This document shows, piece by piece, positions 56,454 to 64,000 of a stretch of DNA of 64,000 nt. The first letter of the stretch is position 1. Each line of letters opens with the position of its first letter. The notes beneath the pieces are model-generated. The model saw only the letters and a program-made list of their open reading frames with translations, was not told the origin of the DNA and searched no databases. The DNA is from an uncultured Chlamydiae bacterium. GTDB taxonomy: Bacteria > Chlamydiota > Chlamydiia > Chlamydiales > JAJFMA01. Location: assembly GCA_963713615.1 (NCBI GenBank), contig CAVQMM010000001.1, positions 320,001-384,000 on the forward strand. Reading direction: 5' to 3'. A program made the translations under genes and the position numbers.

Positions 56454-57722
56454 TCATAGGAGTTTTTTGCGGAGCTGCGCAAAATAATCCATGCGTTTTT
56501 TCATCTCACGCTCAAAGCCACGCAGAACAGGCTCATAGAAAGATTCGCGAGGCATTTCCTCGGGAAAATAATTCTGGCCAGAAAATCCGTGTGGGGTGTC
56601 AGGATCATATTGATAGCCGGCGCCATATCCTTGCTCCTTCATGACGCGTGTGTGGGCATTTAGGATATGCTTGGGAGGGGGCAGGTGTGTGGTCGCTTTC
56701 GCCACAGCCCTAGCGGTATTATAGGCGCGATAGACTCTATTACTCTTTGGTGCTAGGGCGAGGTAGACGGTTGCTTCCGCTAAGGCGAGTTCTCCTTCAG
56801 GGCTTCCAAGCATGTCGTAGCTATCCCTAGCTGCTATCGTTAGCGGCAGAGCTTGTGGATCAGCGAGCCCGATATCTTCCGAGGCCATTCTAATGAGGCG
56901 GCGGGCGATGAACATGGGGTCTTCGCCACCCTCTAGCATACGGCAAAGCCAATAAAGGGCTGCATCAGGATCAGAGCCTCGCACAGCCTTATGCATGGCA
57001 GAAATGATATTGTAGTGGTACTCTCCACTGCGGTCATAGTGAGGTGCACGTTGGTGTAAGCGTTCCAGTAGCTCTTTGGGATCAAGAGGATGGTCCAAGG
57101 AAAGGCCTTCAAGACTTTCAATCATATTAAGGAGATAGCGTCCATCTCCTTGGGCCATTTGAATAAGCTGATTTCGTGCTTCAGCAGACAAAGGCAGCGG
57201 CTTGTATTGTTTTTCGTAGCGCTCTAGCAATATCGCGAGGGCTATTTCGTTCAATGGATTAAGCGTTAATACGCGTACTCGGGATAGTAAGGCATTGCTG
57301 AGGTGAAAGGATGGATTCTCCGCTGTAGCACCTACCAGGACGAGTGTGCCATCTTCAATAAAAGGTAGAAAGGCTTCCTGCTGAGTTTTGTTGAATCGGT
57401 GAATTTCATCGACGAAGACGAGCGTGCCGCGATGCAGTAGAGGAGTACTAGTGGCCTCTTTTACGATAGTTCTCAGATCAGCAATGCCGCTGAAAACAGC
57501 GCTAAGGTTCACAAAGCGATAGGTAAAAGCCTGTGCATACAGCCTTGCAATGCTAGTTTTCCCAGTGCCCGGAGGACCCCACAAAACAATCGATAGAGGC
57601 TTACCTGACTTGATGACCCGGTTGAGAAAGCCTTGTTCGCCGACGAGATGATCTTGCCCGACGATGGCATCGAGAGAGGCTGGCCGTAGGCGCTCTGCCA
57701 AAGGGACATTAGCTTTAGCCAT
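56454..57722 (-). CDS. rarA: Replication-associated recombination protein A (RarA/MgsA)
   Basis: PLAERLRP, WGPPGTGKT, DEIHRFNK, ENPSF, KAVRGSDPDAALYW, SEDIGLADP, APKSN. Confidence 0.96.
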   Translation of the reverse strand: MAKANVPLAERLRPASLDAIVGQDHLVGEQGFLNRVIKSGKPLSIVLWGPPGTGKTSIARLYAQAFTYRFVNLSAVFSGIADLRTIVKEATSTPLLHRGTLVFVDEIHRFNKTQQEAFLPFIEDGTLVLVGATAENPSFHLSNALLSRVRVLTLNPLNEIALAILLERYEKQYKPLPLSAEARNQLIQMAQGDGRYLLNMIESLEGLSLDHPLDPKELLERLHQRAPHYDRSGEYHYNIISAMHKAVRGSDPDAALYWLCRMLEGGEDPMFIARRLIRMASEDIGLADPQALPLTIAARDSYDMLGSPEGELALAEATVYLALAPKSNRVYRAYNTARAVAKATTHLPPPKHILNAHTRVMKEQGYGAGYQYDPDTPHGFSGQNYFPEEMPRESFYEPVLRGFEREMKKRMDYFAQLRKKLL

Positions 57723-57723
57723 A

Positions 57724-58254
57724 TCATGCATCCTGTCGTAGGCAAAGGGTTGAATCGCGACTTTGAGAGCGACGTCTGAGTAGATATGTAGGTAGGGCAA
57801 ACCAACCCAAAGCATAAATAGCGTCGAGAAAGGGGAAAACTAGCAGATCCGTTCCAGCCCATTGCCATGAAGGATGAAAATCATTAGTCATTATCTTCAG
57901 TGTCATCGCTTGCAAAATAGTAGAAATGACAGAGAATAGGAAAGTCATCAGGGGTAGAGTGGAGATTTTGTCTTCGAAAAAGTGTCTTTTCTGGCTGAAA
58001 AGAATGCTGGTAGTGATGCAATAGTTGATGACATAGATGCCTAAACGCGCGCGAGCAGAGAGGAGATCCATAATCAGCCCGCAGATGACGCTATACCACA
58101 GACAGCTGCTCAACGGGCGTTTATAAAACATCAGCGCTAGAAAAGGCGAGAAGTAAGAGATTCTAAGCCACGGCCATGCCACCGGACAGATGATCGCCGG
58201 TATAGTGGCTAACAGAAAGGTTAAAAAAACCAACTTCTTGTTGTTGTGGGTCAC
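57724..58254 (-). CDS. mreD: MreD-like membrane protein
   Basis: 176 aa, about 5 TM segments, GLIMDLLS...LG pattern. Confidence 0.6.
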   Translation of the reverse strand: MTHNNKKLVFLTFLLATIPAIICPVAWPWLRISYFSPFLALMFYKRPLSSCLWYSVICGLIMDLLSARARLGIYVINYCITTSILFSQKRHFFEDKISTLPLMTFLFSVISTILQAMTLKIMTNDFHPSWQWAGTDLLVFPFLDAIYALGWFALPTYLLRRRSQSRDSTLCLRQDA

Positions 58255-58257
58255 GGA

Positions 58258-58938
58258 TTAACAAGCACCCTTGGCTCTGACGATGGCCGGAATTGTTTTG
58301 AGTATTAAGAGGGCATCCAGGGCTATACTCTGACGATCTACATAGTTTTCATCCATGTCTACACGTTCGATATAAGTGATACGTTGCCGGTCACAGGTTT
58401 GCCAGATTCCTGTGATTCCAGGTCTAACACTAAGAACCTTTGGAGCTCGTAGTCCATAGTATAGGCGAATTTCCTCGGCGGTAACCGGACGCGGACCGAC
58501 GACGCTGAGGTCTCCACGGAGCACATTCCAAAATTGAGGAAGTTCATCGAGTGATGTTTTACGTAGCAGTTTCCCTACAGGAGTGATGCGTGGGTCATTG
58601 GTAAGCTTTCTTTTACTCTCCCACTCACGACGAAGATTGGGGTGAGAGAGTAAGAGCTTCTCGAGAACCTCATCGGCATCGGGGTACATCGTACGAAATT
58701 TGTAGCATCGAAAAAGCTTTCCACCACGGCCAACGCGTTCCTGAGAATAGATGGGGCTGCCTGCAGAAGTCAGCCTAATGGCAACAATGATGATTAACAA
58801 AAGAGGGAAGCCTACTAATAATAAGGTTAGGCTAAACAAAATATCCAAAATGCGTTTTAGACGAAGATGCTTGACGCGCAGCTTATCACAAGCTGGCAGT
58901 GTCAGCGTTCTTGAGGGACTGGTACTCGTCCACTCCAC
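58258..58938 (-). CDS. Bacterial sugar transferase (undecaprenyl-phosphate glycosylphosphotransferase, small monotopic type)
   Basis: KRILDI, YKFRTM, DPRIT..G..LRKTSLDELPQF.NVL.GDLS.VGPRP, RPGITG.WQ. Confidence 0.93.
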   Translation of the reverse strand: MEWTSTSPSRTLTLPACDKLRVKHLRLKRILDILFSLTLLLVGFPLLLIIIVAIRLTSAGSPIYSQERVGRGGKLFRCYKFRTMYPDADEVLEKLLLSHPNLRREWESKRKLTNDPRITPVGKLLRKTSLDELPQFWNVLRGDLSVVGPRPVTAEEIRLYYGLRAPKVLSVRPGITGIWQTCDRQRITYIERVDMDENYVDRQSIALDALLILKTIPAIVRAKGAC

Positions 58939-59129
58939 GGTTTATTTCCTCCTAAGGTTGAAAGCGAACTATATCCAAGTCGACAACATTTTGCCACAGA
59001 TTTAGGACTATACCACTCACCTTATTTGCATTTAGAAGATGGGAGTGATCCTGCCTATCCTGCCGCGAAGCGATCCTGCATATCCTGTTAAAGTCCATTT
59101 TAGCCGTATCTACGCTATCCTGCACCTTG

Positions 59130-59993
59130 TTATGAAGAGCGATGCACAAGTTGATGGGCTAATGCCCTAAGGGTATCGGTATTACCGGGCAGCTGAGAGA
59201 TGATATCCATGCTCTGAACAAGGAGCTCATCGGCTTTTTGCTGTGATTGCTCGAGGCCAAGCAGCGAAACGTAGGTTGTTTTTGCGTTAATAACGTCAGA
59301 GCTAACGCTTTTACCATGCTTAGTTTCACTAGCTACGATGTCTAAGATATCATCCACAATCTGGAAGGCTTGTCCAAGCAAGCCACCCAAAAGAGTGAGT
59401 TGTTCGAGAATAACCGAGTCCACGCGAGCAATGATACCGCCGAACTGCAACGGTGCCGTCAGAAGAGCTCCGGTTTTATGTCGGTGGATATTTTGAAGAC
59501 TCTCCAGGTCGATAGCGCGGTCTTCAGCTTCAAGATCCATGATCTGACCAGCCACCATGCCAGAGCCTCCTGCGGCACGTGCTAGTGTGGCGACGAGTTG
59601 CACGCGCTGAGAATCGGAAAGGCATGGTGCGATAGCAAGCACTTCGAAGGCATAGGTGAGCAAGAAATCCCCGGCCAGTACCGCATGGCCTTCAGGGTAT
59701 ACGTGATGCAGTGTTGGCTTGCCACGACGGAAGTCATCATCGTCCATGCATGGAAGGTCGTCATGGATGAGCGAGTAGGCATGAACCATTTCGATGGCAC
59801 AGGCAGGATCGAGGGCGTGGTCGGCCGGAGCTCCCAAAGCTTCTGTCGTAGCGATGGTAAGCAGAGGACGCAGGCGTTTGCCTCCACCGAGAAGAGAGTA
59901 ACGAGCCGCCTGAAGTAATGAGTGATAGGACGAGTCGGTATCGGCTACGAGCTCATTGAGGCGTGCGTTAATACATGCGACGTGACTATCCAT
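59130..59993 (-). CDS. ispA: Polyprenyl (farnesyl/geranyl) diphosphate synthase
   Basis: GGKRLRP, SLIHDDLPCMDDDDFRRG, KTGAL, AFQIVDDILD. Start uncertain (59993 or 60050). Confidence 0.92.
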   Translation of the reverse strand: MDSHVACINARLNELVADTDSSYHSLLQAARYSLLGGGKRLRPLLTIATTEALGAPADHALDPACAIEMVHAYSLIHDDLPCMDDDDFRRGKPTLHHVYPEGHAVLAGDFLLTYAFEVLAIAPCLSDSQRVQLVATLARAAGGSGMVAGQIMDLEAEDRAIDLESLQNIHRHKTGALLTAPLQFGGIIARVDSVILEQLTLLGGLLGQAFQIVDDILDIVASETKHGKSVSSDVINAKTTYVSLLGLEQSQQKADELLVQSMDIISQLPGNTDTLRALAHQLVHRSS

Positions 59994-60015
59994 TGTTGCG
60001 GTTTTAAACACGGCA

Positions 60016-61434
60016 TTAGCCTCTCGATGCTGTTGTTGCAGATCCTTCACTAGCCGAAGCTGGTATCTGAGAAGGAGAGCTCTCTTTTTCCTTTACGTGA
60101 GGGTGATGCTTTTGACCTATACAGAAGTAGTCAAAGCCCTTCTGGACCATTTCCCGGGCCTGGTATTGATTTCGTCCATCAAAGAAGGCATGTCCTGCCA
60201 TTGCTTCTTTAATAAGATCGAAGTCTAGAAAGCGGAATTGTCGCCATTCAGTGACGAGGGCTAGGGCATCGGCACCTGCGGCGGCGTCGAGCTCATCGAT
60301 TGCCCAGTAGATGTGTGGGTCCTTCGGGAAGCTACTTTGAGCTGTTTCCATTGCTACGGGGTCATAAAGGCGTACTTTGGCACCGGCTTCCAAGAGTTGC
60401 TCGACGAGAACACGTGCCGGGGCTTCACGGACATCATCAGTATTTGGCTTAAAGGCCAGTCCTAAAATGCCAATCGTTTTCCCTTGTAGTCCACCTCTAG
60501 TGGCGAAGTAGGTGATGATCTTGCGTCCTAGAACCTGCTTCTGTCGCATATTTACCGTCTCAATAGCGCTAAGAATCGGCGTAGTGTAGTTGACATTACG
60601 CGCTTGTGCTTGCAGCGCCCTGACATCTTTGGGAAAGCAGGCTCCGCCAAAGCCTACGCCGGCATAGAGGAACTTAAAGCCAATACGACTATCGGAGCCG
60701 ATGCCTTTGCGGACTTGGTTAATATCGGCATCAACGAGTTCACAGATGCCTGAGAGCTCGTTCATAAAGGATATTCTTAAGGCAAGCATCGAGTTGGCAG
60801 CATATTTGGTGAGCTCGGCTGAGACGACGTCCATGGTTAAGATGCGATCACTGCTGAGGGTAAAGGCCGAGTAAATCTCTTTAACTAAATCTTCCGAATG
60901 CTTGTTGGGGGCTCCGATGATGACACGATCGGGTTTCAGGCAGTCGTTGATAGCGTCGCCTTCCTTGAGAAACTCAGGGTTTGACACGACATCGAATTCC
61001 ACATTGACGTTACGTTCAGCAAGTGTTTTTTTGATTATTTTGGACACCTCAGCGGCGGTGCCCACAGGGACTGTAGACTTGATGACGATAAGGTGATAGT
61101 TATTCATTTCTTGAGCGATGGAGCGGGCCACAGCGCGAACCTTGGAGAGGTCAGCTTCACCATTCGGACTTTGTGGGGTATCCACAGCAATAAAACAGAC
61201 GGAACATAGGCTAACGGCTTCAGAATATTTTGTGGTGAATTGCAAGCGGCCGTCGTTGACATTGCGCTGGACCATCTCCTGAAGGCCTGGTTCATAGATA
61301 GGCATCTGCCCTTTGAGGAGCTTGGCGATCTTCTCCGCATCAATATCCAAGCAAATGACATGATGTCCCATTTCGGCAAGGCAAGTCCCTGTGACAAGAC
61401 CGACATAGCCAGTACCAATGACCAATAGCTTCAT
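60016..61434 (-). CDS. ugd: UDP-glucose 6-dehydrogenase
   Basis: GTGYVGL, KSTVPVGT, NPEFLKEG, GFGGACFPKD, FKPNTDD. Confidence 0.95.
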   Translation of the reverse strand: MKLLVIGTGYVGLVTGTCLAEMGHHVICLDIDAEKIAKLLKGQMPIYEPGLQEMVQRNVNDGRLQFTTKYSEAVSLCSVCFIAVDTPQSPNGEADLSKVRAVARSIAQEMNNYHLIVIKSTVPVGTAAEVSKIIKKTLAERNVNVEFDVVSNPEFLKEGDAINDCLKPDRVIIGAPNKHSEDLVKEIYSAFTLSSDRILTMDVVSAELTKYAANSMLALRISFMNELSGICELVDADINQVRKGIGSDSRIGFKFLYAGVGFGGACFPKDVRALQAQARNVNYTTPILSAIETVNMRQKQVLGRKIITYFATRGGLQGKTIGILGLAFKPNTDDVREAPARVLVEQLLEAGAKVRLYDPVAMETAQSSFPKDPHIYWAIDELDAAAGADALALVTEWRQFRFLDFDLIKEAMAGHAFFDGRNQYQAREMVQKGFDYFCIGQKHHPHVKEKESSPSQIPASASEGSATTASRG

Positions 61435-61516
61435 AGCAACCCCTCATCTCCTTAACGATTTATACCACGCGTGGTATACCACATATTAGGCCAATAGCCT
61501 GACACATTCGAACGTT

Positions 61517-63661
61517 TTACTCAAGAAGGCTAAAGCTTGGGCATTCACTTGGGCATTGGGGACGCTTCAGGCCAACTTTAACATGAATGGCAAAGCGATG
61601 GTCATCTTCGCGGAATTGGTACGAAAAAGTCAGATTCCAGGCTGATCGTAAGGTTTTATGCAGATCAATTTGATACTGACAGTAATCGGGTTGTGTGGTG
61701 CGTCCCCATCCGCTGTGCACTAATGCTTCGAGGGCTAAGTCGTGTTGAAGGCGATAGTATAGGTGGACTAGGCCCGTTGTACGACGGTCCGACAAGCTAG
61801 AATGTAGCAATTCAGCCTGCGTGCGGAAGCTATCCATAATAAAGTTATCGGGGTCCACGCGTCGCCAGTAGTAGGGGCTGCGGTATCTGTATTCCGCATC
61901 GATAGCAAAATCGTCGCTGACGGTCCATTGGGTGCGGAAGTTGAACTCATCCAATCGATTATGTTGGGCATTCCACACGGCTATGGATGTCTGGCGCAGA
62001 AATGGCGTTGGGTCAAAAATGGCACTGGCATAGAGACGTGGAACAACACTGCCGATGGTGGGCGTATCAAAGAAGCAATAGGTATAAAGATCAAGTGTTA
62101 GCCGATGGGCTATGCATTCGCCACACCATTTCTGATAGATGAGATGTCGCGTGCCGACTCGTAGAGTATCGAGGCGATACCATCCATCATTAAAATCGAA
62201 GATGTCATGTTCATTAGGGTTGGTATTGGGTGTCGTAAGGTATTGATAACGGACATATGGCTCTGCGATATGCTTAAAGCAGCCATAGTAGCGGTGTACC
62301 TGGGTCATTGCCGTTGCGCCAAAGCTTCCCAGCGTCACCCACTTGGAATCGTGTTTATCACTATTGCCGTAAAAGATCGCCAATCCGCCAACTTCTGGGG
62401 TTACCGTTGCACATCCCAATCGAATAGGACGGTACAGATCCTCACGAACTTCGGCTCGTATAGAACTGAAACGTTCTGTATCGGGGTGTAGGTTTGAAGG
62501 TAGAAAGTCGTAATAGCCAAAGTTAGCGCGGTTTTCGCTGATGATTCCCGTAGGGCCTAAGGTAAAAGGATGCATGCTAAGGTTTAGGGCTGGTAAGTCC
62601 TCTTTAACCGTTTCAAAGTTGTTCACGCGAATTCTTGTGGTTAAATCGGCGATGGCGTAGTCGTTTTGACCCCTTAAATTGATCTGCGTTTTTTGCGCCG
62701 TTTTAAGCTCCAAGTCAGTGTCGCTATAGTCAAAGGGCATGTCCTCGTCGCTGATCTTATCGTAGCTGGCGTTCAGACGTACTTGTCCCTCATAAAGACA
62801 TTTATTGTAGTAGCCCTGGAAGCGGTATCGGAAGCGCTCATTGGGGTCGACGATGCTGGAATCCCGGGCGACATAATTGCGTGTTAGAAAGATGTCCGAT
62901 CCATCGGGGTTGCGACACTCCGTTTCGATGGCTGCACCCGGACCACGCGACAAGCGGTAATCTAGGCGCAGGAACGTTTTAAACCAGCCATTGTCGAACA
63001 TCTTGTAAGCTACACCAAAGCGAAGTCCCTGCTCACCTCCCCAGCGTAGGCGATAACGCAGCGGATGATCAACCAGCCAATCCAAATGTGTCTTTAAATA
63101 GGGCAACCAAAGAATTGGAAGACGCATAATGCGAAATTGTACATTGGTAGCCGTCAATATTCTGTTCTGGCTTAGATAGGCATCGCCCAGACAAATTCCC
63201 CATTCTGGCTTCCAGGAGGGAGAAGTCGAAAGGAATCCTTCGTGAAGACGATAGTCTCCATTAGGTAGCAAAATGATGTAGCTAGCTCCAAGGTACCAGG
63301 GATAAAGGACCCCTCGGGCATCGTATAGGATGCCTCGATGGGCCTGAAAATCGTAATGAAGCATGGTACCGGTGAACACCTGACCGTGATACTCCAGCAT
63401 GAGGTCGTTCTCAGCTCGCAGAGTAAACACAGGCTCATCACCCTCCGCCTGGCGCCTAGATTCAATATTCCTTGCCTGAATACGAATGTCTGGGGCTTTG
63501 ACGACTCCACCACATGTGGTGTTTAGGACGCCATCACACAGCTCGGGGTCGCGAAGATAAATAGCCACATCTTTGGCAAAGGCTGCCGTCTCCTCTAGTT
63601 CCATTGGAACAAGCGGTGTGACAACGACGCAGGCTAGGGCTGTACAGAATTTTTTAAGCAT
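61517..63661 (-). CDS. lptD: LptD/OstA-like outer-membrane LPS assembly protein
   Basis: Signal peptide, N-terminal beta-jellyroll-like region (F.....PILWLPY), long aromatic-rich barrel, 714 aa. Family call by pattern only. Confidence 0.55.
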   Translation of the reverse strand: MLKKFCTALACVVVTPLVPMELEETAAFAKDVAIYLRDPELCDGVLNTTCGGVVKAPDIRIQARNIESRRQAEGDEPVFTLRAENDLMLEYHGQVFTGTMLHYDFQAHRGILYDARGVLYPWYLGASYIILLPNGDYRLHEGFLSTSPSWKPEWGICLGDAYLSQNRILTATNVQFRIMRLPILWLPYLKTHLDWLVDHPLRYRLRWGGEQGLRFGVAYKMFDNGWFKTFLRLDYRLSRGPGAAIETECRNPDGSDIFLTRNYVARDSSIVDPNERFRYRFQGYYNKCLYEGQVRLNASYDKISDEDMPFDYSDTDLELKTAQKTQINLRGQNDYAIADLTTRIRVNNFETVKEDLPALNLSMHPFTLGPTGIISENRANFGYYDFLPSNLHPDTERFSSIRAEVREDLYRPIRLGCATVTPEVGGLAIFYGNSDKHDSKWVTLGSFGATAMTQVHRYYGCFKHIAEPYVRYQYLTTPNTNPNEHDIFDFNDGWYRLDTLRVGTRHLIYQKWCGECIAHRLTLDLYTYCFFDTPTIGSVVPRLYASAIFDPTPFLRQTSIAVWNAQHNRLDEFNFRTQWTVSDDFAIDAEYRYRSPYYWRRVDPDNFIMDSFRTQAELLHSSLSDRRTTGLVHLYYRLQHDLALEALVHSGWGRTTQPDYCQYQIDLHKTLRSAWNLTFSYQFREDDHRFAIHVKVGLKRPQCPSECPSFSLLE

Positions 63662-63737
63662 CTACCGATCGGATGGTCGAAAAGCTAAGACTATAAGGAT
63701 CGGCCTAATAAAGCGAAAGCGGTGAGGGTTCGTGGGG

Positions 63738-64000
63738 CAGGGCGATCGCATCTTAATTTCCTTGACTAACGAGTCGAAACAGGAACTCAGCCGACATTTT
63801 CATCTTGTTCTGCATTCTTCGCACACTAAGCTTTCCTCGCGCCTGGTTGATAAGGTTTAATCCAAGTTTTCGTGCTTGTGTCATTATCTCGGGACCATTG
63901 TCCTTATATATCCTTGAAGCATCTTCATTGAACGTGAGATCAAGAACCCAATGGAGCTTATTTTCTATTTCCCAGTGCGCTCCGATTGCTTGGGAGAGCT
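63738..64000 (-). mobile_element. ISAs1-family element, right part (transposase C-terminus 63753..>64000)
   Basis: Manual translation: ...[24 protein letters not shown]...SQGN*. Terminal CAGGGCGATCGCATC at 63738. Confidence 0.88.

Noticed and set aside
58952..59149. 65-aa ORF between ispA and the sugar transferase
   Set aside because: Short, overlaps ispA, no RBS or recognisable motif.
1..64000. tRNA, rRNA, defence-system or toxin-antitoxin genes
   Set aside because: None recognised by eye. The PLD gene beside recD2 has a membrane anchor and looks like the ordinary chlamydial PLD rather than a defence nuclease. A tRNAscan/Infernal/DefenseFinder run would be needed to exclude them.

Overview
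This 64-kb window is most likely chromosomal DNA from an environmental member of the Chlamydiae. The evidence is a fused glyQS, rnhC next to a RodZ-like HTH gene, a SycD/LcrH chaperone, a two-HKD PLD and many Inc-like hydrophobic ORFs. The housekeeping backbone is recN, rnhC, truA, dapB, recD2, dnaG, glyQS, a fadD-fadI-fadJ operon, uvrC, apbE, folD, rarA, mreD, ispA, ugd and an lptD-like gene. Three things interrupt it. (i) Clusters of lineage-specific paralogous membrane/effector-like genes, several preceded by TTAA-N7-TTAA boxes. (ii) At least ten families of small palindromic non-autonomous elements (REPIN/MITE-like), often nested and with readable target-site duplications; one is inserted in-frame into a gene. 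(iii) A mobile-DNA graveyard at 53-56.3 kb (IS21, Rhs and phage Cro/RusA remnants, IS110) plus an ISAs1 at the right edge. The strongest signal is the IS110 element. It sits inside one of the palindromic repeats, and its non-coding right end has two parallel CACGA-[7 nt] motifs. One matches the target (ACCACAG) and the other matches the element's own end (ATAGCAG), which is what a bridge/seek RNA programmed against this repeat family would look like. Also notable are an RlmN paralog lacking both catalytic cysteines and a PAP2-like/dual-specificity phosphatase fusion. All calls were made by eye; no searches were run.
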